Source of the DNA: Octopus vulgaris
Lineage: Eukaryota
Direction of reading: 5' to 3'
Assembly (NCBI GenBank): GCA_951406725.2
Contig: OX597824.1
Location: 11,904,001-11,968,000, forward strand
Length of the DNA: 64,000 bases
Both the position numbers and the translations under genes were made by a program. Of the stretch, positions 1 through 12,981 are shown one piece after another. The notes under the pieces are model-generated. The model saw nothing but the letters and a program-made list of their open reading frames with translations. It was not told the origin of the DNA and did no database searches. The first letter of the stretch is position 1; each line of letters opens with the position of its first letter.

Positions 1-179
1 GATTCATATCGAGCCCTTCTGGGTATTAGCGCGCGTCTACGATGAGTCTACGATTTAAAAAAAATTTTACCATCATTTTTTCCCATTTTTTTGCTATTAT
101 ATAAGAGAAGTAACTCTCTAAAAATGCTTATATAGTTATTTCCCTTACAAACCCGAGCAACGCCGGGCGATACTGCTAG
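1..179 (+). mobile_element. Helitron 3' end (non-autonomous, runs off the window start)
   Basis: Subterminal GC hairpin CCCG-agcaacgc-CGGG followed shortly by CTAG|T at 176-180, the typical Helitron 3' terminus. A decayed copy of the same end is at about 6767-6796. Confidence 0.65.
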
Positions 180-247
180 TAGCTTATATACGTTTATATA
201 TTTGTTTCGCAAGATTTTTGATGTGAAATCGTGTGTTGAAACAGATA

Positions 248-515
248 TTGTTGTATTTCAGAATGGTCATTTTGCCAATTTAGCCAATAAAAACACACGC
301 ACTATATATTTGGTGTTACTTTGCTTCAGCGTTATTTACTTTTTACATTAATCTTAATCTTATTTCGGCCAGAAGTGTGACGAAAGAACTCTGGCTGAAA
401 TAAGATTAAGATTAATGTAAAAAATAAATAACGCTGATGCAAAGTAACACCAAATATATAGTGCATATGTTTTTATTGGCTAAACTGACAAAATGACCCT
501 TCCTAAATACAACAA
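248..515. repeat. Long foldback (inverted repeat) element
   Basis: Arms about 248-373 and 390-515 are near-perfect reverse complements (e.g. tatttggtgttactttgc / gcaaagtaacaccaaata), with a 16-nt loop. Confidence 0.9.
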
Positions 516-647
516 CAGCTTATATAATTAACCAATAAATCTCTTTTGTTTTGAATCTCATGTAATCAAAATTTGTGCAAATAGTCAAATATCTCCACTT
601 CAAGTCTTTTAATTGTCTTTTTCATTATCATTCAAACATAGTTAAAA

Positions 648-1060
648 AGGTGGCTGTGTGGTAAGTAGCTTGCTAACCAACCACATGGTTCCGGGTTCAG
701 TCCCACTGCGTGGCATCTTGGGCAAGTGTCTTCTGCTATAGCCCCGGGCCGACCAATGACTTGTGAGTGGATTTGGTAGACGGAAACTGAAAGAAGCCTG
801 TCGTATATATGTATATATATGTATATGTATGTATGTGTATGTGTTTGTGTGTTTGTGTTTGTACCCCTAGCATTGCTTGACAACCGATACTGGTGTGTTT
901 ACGTCCCCGTCACTTAGCAGTTCGGCAAAAGAGACCGATAGAATAAGTACTGGGCTTACAAAGAATAAGTCCCGGGGTCGATTTGCTCGACTAAATGCGG
1001 TGCTCCAGCATGGCCGCGGTCAAATGACTGAAACATGTAAAAGAGTAAAAGAGAGTAAAA
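648..1060 (+). mobile_element. SINE family A (tRNA-like head, internal TA/TG microsatellite, (gtaaaaga)n tail)
   Basis: Head tggctgtgtggtaag...gggttcagtccc has A/B-box-like motifs; tail cagtcaaatgactgaaacaagtaaaagag. Near-identical copies on + at about 8775-9178, 13540-13948, 25381-26070, 27671-28080, 29670-30085, and on - at about 12024-12560, 14385-14778, 19725-20146, 30826-31220, 40780-41200, 43156-43566. Confidence 0.85.
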
Positions 1061-1700
1061 GCAGTAATGAGTTTAGAGATTTCAGCTTCTAATTAAATGT
1101 AGTCGGATTTTAGGGCAACTTCTGGTCCCATTTTCTTTGTTAGTAAGTTCTCAGTGTAATGGAGGACGTTTTGAAACTAACCATCATCATCATCATTATC
1201 ATCATCATTAGCCCAGAAGATTCTAGAAGCCATTTGGCAGGAAAACTTGCACACTCCTCTGAACTTATCTCCACTGCTACGAATAAACCTGGGCTGATTG
1301 GTCAAATCATATTCACATTGGTGTTAATTCCTTTTATGGCAATGTTTTACCTTTTATGGAAATATATTAGGAAAATTTGAGAACTGTGGTTTGAATCTCA
1401 GCATGGTTCCTACTGTAGCATGTCACTAACTCTACCTCAAGTATTGAATACACGTTTTTCTCCTTGTTCACATTAAGATGTACACAATCACATTTTTATT
1501 GATACACACCCACCCACCCACATTTTTATTGATACACCTCCTACACACACACACACATATGCTGTCAGCTTTTGTGAATTTCTCTTTTAAAATCTGTAAT
1601 CATGGCTGACTGCTTTCACTTTGATGTGAATTGTAAAAAAAAAAACGTGAACAGTTTTGAATTGACCTAACATACTTGTCTGCACGAAGAAAGCCATTTA

Positions 1701-1740
<40 letters not shown>

Positions 1741-1793
1741 AATATTGCTTTTGTTGTCTTGTTTATTTTTACGTGAAATGTGTATTACCATTG

Positions 1794-1830
<37 letters not shown>

Positions 1831-2728
1831 TTTAGTGTTCACTTTCCCGTCCATGCGTGTATGGGTCAGGCAGAATTCGAAGAGGTAGATTTTCTACTGC
1901 TGGATGCCCTTCCTGTCACCAACCCTTGCCTGTTTTCCAAGCAAGGTAATATTTCCCCATGGCCAGACATGTTTTTGTAGTAGACTGAAAACAAACGACA
2001 CTGCTTGTGTACCAGTAAGTCTTGTTTACAACCATTGCATGATGTCATGGCAAGGAGGCACAAACACACAGACACCCCCACACACACATACACATACACA
2101 TGCACACACACACACATGCACACATGCATATACACACATACATGCACACACGCATACACCCACATGCACATAGGCACACTCACACACATACACATGCATA
2201 CACACAACACACACATGGACACATGCATACACACACATACATGCATACACACTCACAGACACACATGCACACACACAGATACATACCCACACACAGATAC
2301 ACTCACACACACATATATTTATGTATATTCAATGGAATACAAGGCCATGAATTTCATCAGCACCTGATGAGAACTGCCACTGGTTTCATGTAGACCAGTA
2401 CCATCTGTTCCCTTGTCAAGTGGTCAGCAAATAAACTGGCCTTGCCACTGGGTAGCTTGCTACTATACTGAGGAAGGTGTTTGGACACCCAGCAGGGCTA
2501 AAAATAAGACCTGTCAAAGGACAGATGAGCTTCCTGTAGACCGATGGCCATCCAGTTGAGGAAGGTATTGGCAAACCACCCCAATGTCTCTGCTAAGAAA
2601 AAAACTCTATGAGAAGGCCAGAACAACGTAATGCTATGGTTTCAGCCAATGGGAGAATTCGCACTTAACAAGGAAGACTTTGTTGTAGCATAACCACAAC
2701 TAACTATTTATTTGCATAATACCATTTT

Positions 2729-3332
2729 GTGGTTGATGATTTCATCTTCCTTGGCTCCAAAATAAATCGAGGTGGTAACTGCACTCCAGAAATAAGGCGG
2801 CGGATAGTACTAGGCAGAGAGGCAATGGTCAGCATGAGCAGGGTCTGGAAGAGTAGAGACATCAGCCTTGCTACCAAATGCAGACTGGTGAATGCAATTG
2901 TCTTCCCTATAGCAACATATGGATGCGAGACCTGGACACTAAAGAAAGCTGACCAGAAGAGAATTAATGCATTCGAGCTTTGGTGTTGGAGAAAACTTTT
3001 ATGGATTCCATGGACAGCAAGGCTCACCAATGGAGAAGTTCTTAACCAGATAAAGCCAAAACTGTCGCTGGAAACTAGGATCACCAAGCATAGATTGGCA
3101 TATTTTGGTCATATTATGTAGAAAAAATCCCTGGAGAAGGACATCATGCTTGGAATGGTCAGTGGCAAGAGAGGAAGAGGCCGACCAGGAACCCGCTGGC
3201 TTGACACCATCAAGAGTGATACCGGAATGGCCATAGCCAATCTGAAAGAAGCACCCAGGATAGAACTGGCTGGAGAACACTGATCCATCGAGTAACCAAG
3301 AGTTGACTTCAACTGAACAGATAGATAGATAG
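2729..3332 (+). mobile_element. RTE/BovB-like LINE 3' fragment (degenerate ORF C-terminus)
   Basis: Translates DDFIFLGSKI..EIRRRI..YGCETWT..FELWCWRKLL.IPWT..YFGHIM*..GKRGRGRP..RW.D, the conserved post-RT region of RTE LINEs. One in-frame stop; ends in an (agat)n tail. Confidence 0.9.
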
Positions 3333-4421
3333 ACCATTTTACCCACATCATCACATCTTTTCCTTTCTTTTTTTTATTCTCAGGCATACGACTACATTAT
3401 ATTATAGCATATATCCAATTATGATTTGAGAAAGATTTGACTGCTATTTCTTGCATGATCCCTCAATGGCTTTTACTTGTGTATTATGAGGGTGATGGAA
3501 AAGGAATTTCCATTAGGAAGCTGGGGATTAACTTTTCTGGAGAGCGTATCTGTTTGTTTCATAAACCGGAAACAAAGCTCATTACTTAGAGAACTTAAAG
3601 ATAAAGATGACATTAGATAGTGTTAGTCAGAATTCTTATAACTAACTGTAATGGTGCTGGAATGAAGGTTGCCAATTTGAAAAATTCACCAAAGCCTGGC
3701 AGTGTTTGAAAAGATTTTTATCAACACAGGATATGAAAGAGTTTTTCAAATGGGAATTGTTAAAACCATCTGAAACATTAAACATATGTGATTGAGTAGT
3801 TTATCCTTTATTTTTTTATTTTTTACACGCTTCAGTTATTTGATTGTGGCCATGCTGGGGCACCACCTCGAAAGGCTTTAGTTGAAGAAATCGACACCAG
3901 GACTTATCTTATAATGCCTGGTACTTATTCTCTTTTACCAAACCGTTACGGGGGATGTAAACACACCAGTTGTTGAGGACAAAGACACGCATGCAAACAC
4001 ACACACACCTACATACAAATTTCTTCCAGTTTCCATCTCTCGGATCCATTCACAAAGCTTTGGTCATTCTGAGGCTATAGTAGCAGACACTTGCACAAGG
4101 TACACACAGTGGGACTGAACCCTGAACTATATGGTTGAAGAGTAAGCTTCTTACCACAGGCTAGCTTTTGAATTTATCTCTCAATTTATCTGTTAAGTCC
4201 AGAATATTGTTACTAAAAAAACTTGTCTGTAAATTGTATAATGCCTTTGCCGCTTATGTTGGAACAATGTACTTCACTATAGTACCTGTATATAACTAGC
4301 AGGTGTGATATAGATATTTTGGTCACAAACGGAAGATACAACTCTTCAGCTATTATTAATGTAACATCCAACTCGCAGCTTTATCAAGGATAACCAGACT
4401 TATGTAACTTCAATGCCACAT

Positions 4422-4790
4422 ATCATCATCATCATCATCATCATCATCGTTTAACGTCGCTTTCCATGCTAGCATGGGTTAGACGATTTGACTGAGGGCT
4501 GGGAAACCAGATGGCTGCACCAGGCTTCAACTTGATCTGGCAGAGTTTCTACAGCTGGATGCCCTTCCTAAAGCCAGCCATTCTGAGAGGAGTGTAGTGG
4601 GTGCTTTTTACGTGCCACTGGCACATAGGCCAGTCAGGCGGTACTGGTAATAACCACACAGAAATGGTGTTTTTTTACGTGCCACCTGCACAGGAGCCAG
4701 TCCAGCGGCACTGGAAACGATCTTGCTCGAATGTTTTTTCACATGCCACTGACACAAGTGCCAGTAAGGCGATGCTGATAATGATCACAG
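4422..4790 (-). mobile_element. SINE family C ((GAT)n tail, internal tandem subrepeats)
   Basis: Conserved ggttggcgttaggaagggcatccagctgtagaaac...ggacgttaaacg(atg)n. Further copies at about 5057-5425(-), 12243-12415(-), 15688-15880(-), 15975-16545(+), 28310-28553(+), 34255-34540(+), 36618-37075(-), 40510-40740(+), 45090-45412(+), 48185-48458(+), 54682-55160(-), 55207-55358(-). Confidence 0.8.
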
Positions 4791-6084
4791 GTGTTTAATA
4801 ACCATAAGGATGAATGTAAAAGCTACATATACCATAAGCTGAATAACTGTAAAAACTACAAGGATAAATTTCAGATATTTGATATCTGCATGTAAAAAAA
4901 AATGAAGCTTTACTGACACAAATACAAATTGTATAACCCACCTGAGACTAAACTTGGTTCTATAATACTAACTTCCTGTTTAAAGAACCTAAATTAAAAT
5001 CTTTCATTAAAATCTCATGCAGATTTATGTGTCAAACACCATTTTAATAATAATAATCATCATCATCATCGTTTAACGTCCGTTTTCCATGCTAGTATTG
5101 GTTGGATGGTTTGACCAGGGTCTGGGAAGCCAGGAGGCTGCACCAGGCTCCAGTCTGATCTGGCAGTGTTTCTACAGCCTGATGCCCTTCCTGACGCCAA
5201 CCACTCCGTGAGTGTAGTGGGTGCTTTTTATGTGCCAGGTGAGCCTGGCAATGGCCACGATCGGTTGGTGCTTTTTACGTGCCACTGACACGGAAGCCAG
5301 TCAAGGTGGTGCTGGCATTGGCCACGTTCGGATGGTGCATTTTACGTGCCACTGGCACAGGTATCACAACTACAATTTCCATTTGATTTTTTGATGTTGA
5401 TGTACTTGACTCAATAGGTCTCCTTGACAACATTATTTCATTAAATTCTTCGTTATTTTCAAAAGTAATTGCAACGGAGGTAATGTATCTCAACAGAAAT
5501 ATGGTAAAAAAGGGGTTAATGTTTTTCACTCATTGTGAATATCATCCCTATATTTTAATGTTTGTACAGAAAGAGGGATTCTGTTTTATGTTCTATAAAC
5601 AATTGAGAATTGTTAATATATACCTTTAATATTGTGATCAAAACAAGAGATTGGTTTATATATTTCTATGAAGCATTCATGTGAAAGAATAATCAAAGGA
5701 TAGTTAACTGTCAAAGAATATCATGTACTTTTGTATGTCACAGCTTGGGCAAACTGGCACTGTGTGTGTGTGTGTGATCAGTTGTAGCTCTTAGGAAAAA
5801 AGCAAAGAGCATTCAACTATGAATATGGTAAAGGCATATGTGATAGTTTAGGCAGCAGCTTTATATGGCATGCCCTGTTTGAACTACGGTGGCCCAACTT
5901 ATTGTACTGGTAGCATGCAGGTTCACATTGAACAATGATTGTATTTATAGTTTTCCATGCTTGGAATCCATCTCCTGTATTTTTAATTTATATAAAGAAG
6001 ATCATTTATTAGAATGAAAATCATCCATATTTTTCATATCATTAGTGTTTTTTTAAATTGTTGTTTCTGTAGCTATGGTATATT

Positions 6085-6400
6085 TCGGTATTGTCTTTTC
6101 TGCTAGCTCCTCGACAGTTATGATGAGATTTTGTTCCACCAGGGTTTGCAGGACGTCCTCATTGAGCTCTACAGATCTTCCAGGATGAGGTTCATCTTCT
6201 AGGCTGTAGTTTCCAGCTCAGAATTTCTGGAACCACTGTTGACACTGGCTTACGCTTATTGTTCAATCCCCATATACTGCAATAATATTCCTCACACCTT
6301 CCATTGCATTGTTACCTTTATTGAACTCATAAAGCAAAATATGGCGAATATGCTCCTTTGTCACATCTATAATAGCTCTGAAAAAATAACTGTTAAAATC
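6085..6400 (-). mobile_element. Mariner transposase N-terminal remnant
   Basis: The minus strand reads ..EDEPHPGRSVELNEDVLQTLVEQNLIITVEELAEK.., the GRP linker and HTH region of mariner transposases. Confidence 0.75.
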
Positions 6401-7103
6401 AAACTGCACTCTTCAAAACTTGCACTAAGAATAAGGCTAAGGTAAAATTGCTACCTGCTTTTATTGTAAGTTGATGCAGGTAGTTTATCCTGCCCCACCT
6501 CCGACCTTTAGTCCATACAATTGAAAAACTGATGAATAAAAGGGAAGTTACTCTAATAGGTATAATAAAAGAAAAAAAGAAAAAAGAAAAGATAAAAAAT
6601 ACAAGCAACCATAATGTTAGGATCTGGAATCTTCCAAACATGCATGACATGTCAGTCGAATTAGCCCTTCATTTACTCCACAAATGTTTTGTCGTTAATG
6701 CTGCACTTCCCTGTATCACATGTTTCAACTTAACTGTACCATATATAAAAAACTATGCCATTTAAATCCCAAGCAACGCCAGGTATATCTGCTAGTTTTT
6801 TATATAAGGGAAAATATGGTCATTGTTAAGAGTGGATTGTTGAGAATTGAAGAGTTGTTTTGTATATTAGGAGGAAAGGTCAATTTGGAAATCCAGAACA
6901 GAATACTGGAGAGAAAGGGGTGGGGTGATATAGGGGGAAAGTGTAAAAAAAAGTAGGGAAAAGAAAGACACAACTACCAAATGGATGAAAGGCTGAATAG
7001 AGGGTCATCTGGGAAATAATTGTGGAGGTGAGAGAGCAATTATAGCCTTCCCTTAAGGCAATTTGGAGCAGTATATTAGAATGTAAACAAGGTGTAAGCA
7101 TGT

Positions 7104-7710
7104 CTTATTTCTTTATTGCCCTCAAGGAGCTAAACATAGAGAGAACAAACAAAGACAGACAAATGGATTAAGTTGATTATATCAACCCTAGTGCGTAACT
7201 GGTACTTATTTAATAGAGCCCGAAACGATGAAAGGCAAAGTTGACCTCGGCAGAATTTGAACTCAGAATGTAAAGACAGATGAAATACCTATTTCTTTAC
7301 TACCCACAAGGGACTAAACATAGAGAGAACAAACAAGGACAGACAAACGGATTAAGTCGATTATATCAACCCCAGTGCGTAACAGGTACTTAACTTATCG
7401 ACCCTGAAAGGATGAAAGGCAAAGTCGACCTCAGCAGAATTTGAACTCAGAACGTAGTAAAGACAGACGAAATACCTATTTCTTTACAACCCACAAGGGG
7501 CTAAACACAGAGGGGACAAACAAGGACAGACAAACGGATTAAGTCGACTATATCAACCCCAGTGCGTAACTGGTACTTATTTAATCAACCCCGAAAGGAT
7601 GAAAGGCAAAGTCAACCTCGGCGGAATTTGAACTCAGAACGTAGTGGCAGACGAAATACCGCTAAGCATATCGCCCGGCGTGCTAACGTTTCTGCCAGCT
7701 CACCGCCTTA
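7104..7710 (-). mobile_element. SINE family B, tandem trimer
   Basis: Three head-to-tail units of about 185-240 bp sharing ctgagttcaaattccgccgaggtcgactttgcctttcatcctttcggggtcgataaa. Dimer on + at 9982-10433; monomers at about 31405-31648, 32362-32592(-), 33712-33930, 40310-40500, 43690-43905, 60878-61115(-). Confidence 0.85.
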
Positions 7711-8090
7711 AACATGTTTGGCTAGGTATTTAAGTATATCCAGGTCATAAGTCAGCATTTTATATTGTGTGTGTGGGTGCTTACACGCACACATGCACAC
7801 ACACACACATGCACTTGTATAAACTTAACCTTGTACAACAAAGAATGCAAAGCCATATGGTGGATATTTTTTCATTGTGTCCATGGTTCAGGCATTAGTT
7901 TATGTAAATTTACGAAGCACTTTACGTGAATCAGAGCTAGGTATCAGACATGTCATGAACCAGTTCAGGTAACCTTTCCAGCAGGTATAAATAACTCTGC
8001 ATATGTTGTAAAAAAGAAAACCATTAGGCAAATTTACAGAATATACAGCCGTGGTTATTCAGTTATTATAGACACGCATATCTTATTTAA

Positions 8091-8534
8091 CCCTTTCATT
8101 ACTGTATTTATTTTGAGATGTTCTGTGTTTCTTTCAATTACTTTAAATATACCAAAGAATTTAGTAAAATGACTTAGTTATCATTAACCCTTTCGTTACC
8201 AACCTGACTGAAACTGGCCCTGCCTCTGAGTACAAATGTCTTGTTTTCATAAGTTTTGAATTAAAATCTTCCACCAAACTTTAGTCACAATTTATGTTCC
8301 TAACACTAGCTTAATGGTAACTAAGTTACTTTACTAAATTCTTTGTTATATTTAAAGTAATTGAAATAAACACAGAACATCTCAAAATAAATACAGTAAC
8401 GAAAGGGTTAAGCTAGTGTTAAGAACATAAATTGTGACTAAGGTTTGGTGGAATGTTTTAACTCAAAACTTATGAAAGCAAGACATTTGTCTTCAGAGCC
8501 AGAGCTGGTTTTAGACGGGTTGGTAACGAAAGGG
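8091..8534. mobile_element. piggyBac-type MITE with a second copy nested in opposite orientation (8188-8407)
   Basis: TTAA|CCCTTTC ... GAAAGGG|TTAA termini on both copies. TTAA flanks at 8087-8090 and 8535-8538 (outer) and 8184-8187 and 8408-8411 (inner). Confidence 0.85.
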
Positions 8535-10781
8535 TTAAATGGAAGTACAAAAAAACCTGGGTGTTTTCTTCCTGGTTATGTCTAGCTAAAAATTTTAATT
8601 TTCAAACAACCAAGTCCACCTAGTCAAACTGTGAAGTATGAACTGCTATATGAAATAAGTCTCTGAGTCGTTGATGGCATCTCTTGGTAGTAAATCAATC
8701 TGCTAGAAATCACAGCAAATTTTTATTAGTCTTAAAAGGAAAATACGTCTTTTCCTTGAAAAAAAAAAAACATAGGCGCAGGAGTGGCTGTGTGGTAAGT
8801 AGCTTGCTTACCAACCACATGGTTCCGGGTTCAGTCCCACTGCGTGGCATCTTGGGCAAGTGTCTTCTGCTATAGCCTCGGGCCGACCAATGCCTTATAA
8901 GTGGATTTGATAGACAGAAACTGAAAGAAGCCTGTCGTATATATGTATATATATGTGTGTGTATATGTTTGTGTGTCTGTGTTTGTCCCCCTAGCATTAC
9001 TTGACAACCGATGCTGGTATTTTTACGTCCCCGTCACTTAGCAGTTTGGCGAAAGAGACTGATAGAATAAGTACTGGGCTTACAAAGAATAAGTCCTGGT
9101 GTTGATTTGCTCGACTAAAGGCGGTGCTCCAGCATGGCCGCAGTCAAATGACTGAAACAAGTAAAAGAGTAAAAGAGTATATAATAAAATAGCCTTACTT
9201 GGTACTCAGTGGCTTTAGATTGGTGGAACTACCAAAGTGAAGATATGTAGTCTTGTAGTTAGGTGTTGCCCTTACAATCTTGCAGTTGTGGTTTCGATTC
9301 TTGGACCAGGCAGTTCATTGTGTTCTTGAGCAAAACAACTTCATTTCACATTGCCCCTTTCCACTCAGCAGTAAATGAGTGACCCTGCAATAGACTAGCA
9401 TTCGGTTCAGAGGGGACATTGTGATCTCTGTCACTTATTTGCCATGGGAACTGATTAACCGACTTTGTGAGTCCTAATATTTGATACAGTAATGTTCAGG
9501 GGTTGTTGCTGTTGTTATCGTTGATGATGATGATGATGATGATGATGAGGATGATGACGACGACGATGAGGAGGATGAGGATGAGGGTGATGATGATGAA
9601 TTAACAAAGCGTTAAATGTGGTGCCTTGTGGTATTCATGCTCAGTTCTTTGTGTTCTGAGATCTTGGGTTTTAGATTTAATCCATCACCTGCCATCATCT
9701 GATTTAAAAGCAACACCTGGTTGGTCTTTGGGTGCCTTTAGTGGAGTTTACTCTGTTGCAAATAATTAGACCAGGTCTCTAGTCTAACGATAGATTTTCT
9801 CCTCCTTTTTTAGAAAAGGCCCTGAAAAAGGAAAGCAAAAACTAGAATCATAGATGCCACACTCCCCTCCCTGTTTAAGCAGTAAAAAATGACAAAAACT
9901 GTAAAATATGAAGGAGCCTCTATATGGTTACTTGGTACTCTACTGATTATGGTAAAATGCAATGCAGTTTCTATATAGTTAAAGGCGGCGAGCTGGCAGA
10001 AACGTTAGCACGCCGGGCGAAATGCTATGCGGTATTTCGTCTGCCGTTACATTCTGAGTTCAAATTCCGCTGAGGTCGACTTTGCCTTTCATCCTTTCGG
10101 GGTCGATAAATTAAACCCCAATTACACACTGGGGTTGATGTAATTGACTTAATCCCTTTGTCTGTCCTCGTTTGTCCCCTCTGTGTTTAGCCACTTGTGG
10201 GCAATAAAGAAATAAGAATCGTTAGCATGCCGGACAAAATGCTTAGCGGCATTTCATCTGCCGCTACGTTCTGAGTTCAAATTCCGCCGAGGTCAACTTT
10301 GCCTTTCATCCTTTCGGGGTTGATAAATTAAGTACCAGTTACGCACTGGGGTCGATGTAATCAACTTAATCCGTTTGTCTGTCCTTATTTGTCCTCTCTA
10401 TGTTTAGCCCCTTGTGGGCAATAAAGAAATAAGTATCTATATAGTTATCTGAGTTTCTGTTGATTATAAAATGTGTAGCAGAGTCTCTGTATGCTTGACT
10501 GGTGCTCTACCGATTATGAAGAGTACGAGAGAGCTTCCATATGGCTGTCTGGTACACTATTTAGAAATTTTAGGAGGGAATAGTCAATTATATTCATTTC
10601 ACTACTTTATCACCATTATTAGCCTGTCTGTAACGCTTTCATGTGGTTAGTTGAAGGGAAAGGTGAAGAACAAAAGAAAAAGGAGAGAGAAAAAGGGGAT
10701 ATGGCGAAGAGTGAGGGAGAAAGAGGGAGAGTGCTGTGTATTAAGTTTATAAAATTGTGCATAAAGTATATAAAGTGTATA

Positions 10782-11304
10782 CTGTAAATCCTCGAGTATA
10801 ATCCGCATTTTTTTCCCCAAAATTTAAAGGTCAAAATCCCTAGTGCGTACTATATACGAGGTTAAAAATGAAAATTATTTTCTAAGCAATGTCTGCATCT
10901 CTATTTGGTGTCCGGCAATGTTTATTCAGATGCATTTTGTGATGTCGAGCGCGAAAATACCTTAAGCTAAGCCTGAAAGCAATGAAGTCATAAAAGAATC
11001 AGCCATAACTTGCAGTAAGCAACATTTATTAAAATAAAAATATTTAGAACACAGAATAACATGTAACAAAAACAATTTGCAAACATATTTACATTCCCAT
11101 ATAACAGTTAAGAACATCACCATTATTGTATTATGCATGCGCCGAAGTGTTTATTCGACTAGGTGCTGCTGGCTTAATTATGCACGGCTCAAGTTAAAGA
11201 AGGAGTGCGTATTATACACAAGGTTTAGGTTTTTCAGAAGTACAGCCCCCTAAAAATCCCCTGCGTATTATACTCAAGGGTGGATTATAATCGAGGAATT
11301 ACGG
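10782..11304. mobile_element. Tc2/pogo-type non-autonomous DNA transposon
   Basis: TA|CTGTAAATCCTCGAGTATAATCC ... GGATTATAATCGAGGAATTACGG|TA terminal inverted repeats with TA flanks. Second copy at 43906-44607. Confidence 0.8.
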
Positions 11305-12981
11305 TATATAAAATATTCCAACTTCCTTCACTTTTCCATGAATAACTAATGAGTGACTATTTTTTGATACAGACACAACACAGGCTATGCCTTCAGGTTT
11401 TTGGATGAAATTTTTCAGAGACAACCTAATAAGTTTACCATTAATTCCATGAAATATTCATGGGTCCCACTAAAGGAGCACTGCCTTTAGTCGAGCAAAT
11501 CGAACCCCAGGACTTATTCATTGTAAGCCTAGGAATTATTCTATCGGTCTCTTTTGCTAAGTTACAGGGACATAAACACACCAGCATCGGTTGTCAAGCG
11601 ATGTTGGGGGAACAAACACAGATATACAACATATACATACACACACATATACATATATATACATATATATAAATAAAGGCAATAATCAACATTAACAATA
11701 CTCGCTCAAAATACTGACATTCCTATGGCTGTAATGAGTAATTTGGTTTCAAGAACAACCATCAGTTTGAACCAGATGTTCTTCATCTTCAGTTTAAATC
11801 ACAATCTGGATCGGCATTCCTAAGATTTTAGTTTATCTATGGTTAAAATCACCTATTTAGATCTGTATTCTATAAATAGCTCCTCTTCAGTTTAAATCTC
11901 AAATTTGGATCGTCATACTCAAGATGGTAATTTATCTTTGATTAAACCCTTAATCAGCAGGGAAGATTGTATGGATGTGTGTGCCAAGTGGGCAAAAAAA
12001 AAAAAATATCTTGTTTTCTTAACTCTCTACTCTTTTACTTGTTTCAGTTATTTGACTGTGGCCATGCTGGAGCACAGCCTTTAGTCGAACAAATCGAACC
12101 TAGGTCTTATTCTTTGTAAGCCTAGTAATTATTCTATTGGTCTCTTTCACCGAACCGCTAAGTTACGGGGACGTAAACACACCAGCATCGGTTGTCAAGC
12201 GATGTTGGTGGGAACACACACAGACACACATACATACATATATCATCATCATCATCATCATCGTCGTCGTTTAACGTCCGCTTTCCACGCTAGCATGGGT
12301 TGGACGGTCCAACTGGGGTCTGGGAAGCCAGAAGGCTGCACCAGGCCCAGTCTGATCTGGCAGTGTTTCTACAGCTGGATGCCCTTCCTAACGCCAACCA
12401 CTTCATGAGTGTAGTATACATATACATATATATGACGGGCTTCTTTCAGTTTCCGTCTACCAAATCTACTCACAAGGCTTTGGTTAGCCCGAGGCTATAG
12501 TAGAAAACATTTGCCCAAGGTGCCATGCAGAGGGTCTGAACCTGGAACCAAGTGGTTCGTAATAATGAAAAAAAAAATAATAATAATCTGTTGCTTTACT
12601 AAATCCTTTAAAAAATTCTGGATTAATTTCAAGACACATGAACACATTGCTAGTCTATTACTGTAGAAATATGATCACAAAAGGATTAAGTTATTGCAGC
12701 TGGTGCAGTATTCTGGTGCTGGCCTCCAATATTCAGGAAGTAACCTCTAAATGTTTGACGCTAAACTCTACTGAAACAGACATGTTAAGGTCAGACAAAA
12801 TACTTAAGTAAATATTTGTTTCTTTTTGATCATGAAACTTGAAAGAAAAGAATTGGGTTGGGGAGAATGGTGGTGTGGTGCTTTCCATGCTTTTCTTTTG
12901 AAGTCTTAAAGACGTAAATGATGCAACTGAAGTGAAGTAGTTATAACTGGGAAAAGAAATTAAATCACAGACCTGGGACAG

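Noticed and set aside
632-1092. Recurrent ORFs such as YDRLLSVSVYQIHSQ and RRHLPKVPRSGTEPGTMWLVSKLL
   Set aside because: Incidental translations of SINE family A; they recur only because the SINE is repeated.
2361-2392. CTGATGA motifs here and at about 22028 and 58168 as hammerheads
   Set aside because: No stem II followed by GAAA. The one at 22028 is just the antisense of SRP helix 6.
7860-7972. Hydrophobic stretch ending at a cag|gtaacc donor as a candidate K2P first exon
   Set aside because: No Y...G...F..LE M1 motif, and the donor is phase 2 whereas the next exon needs phase 1.
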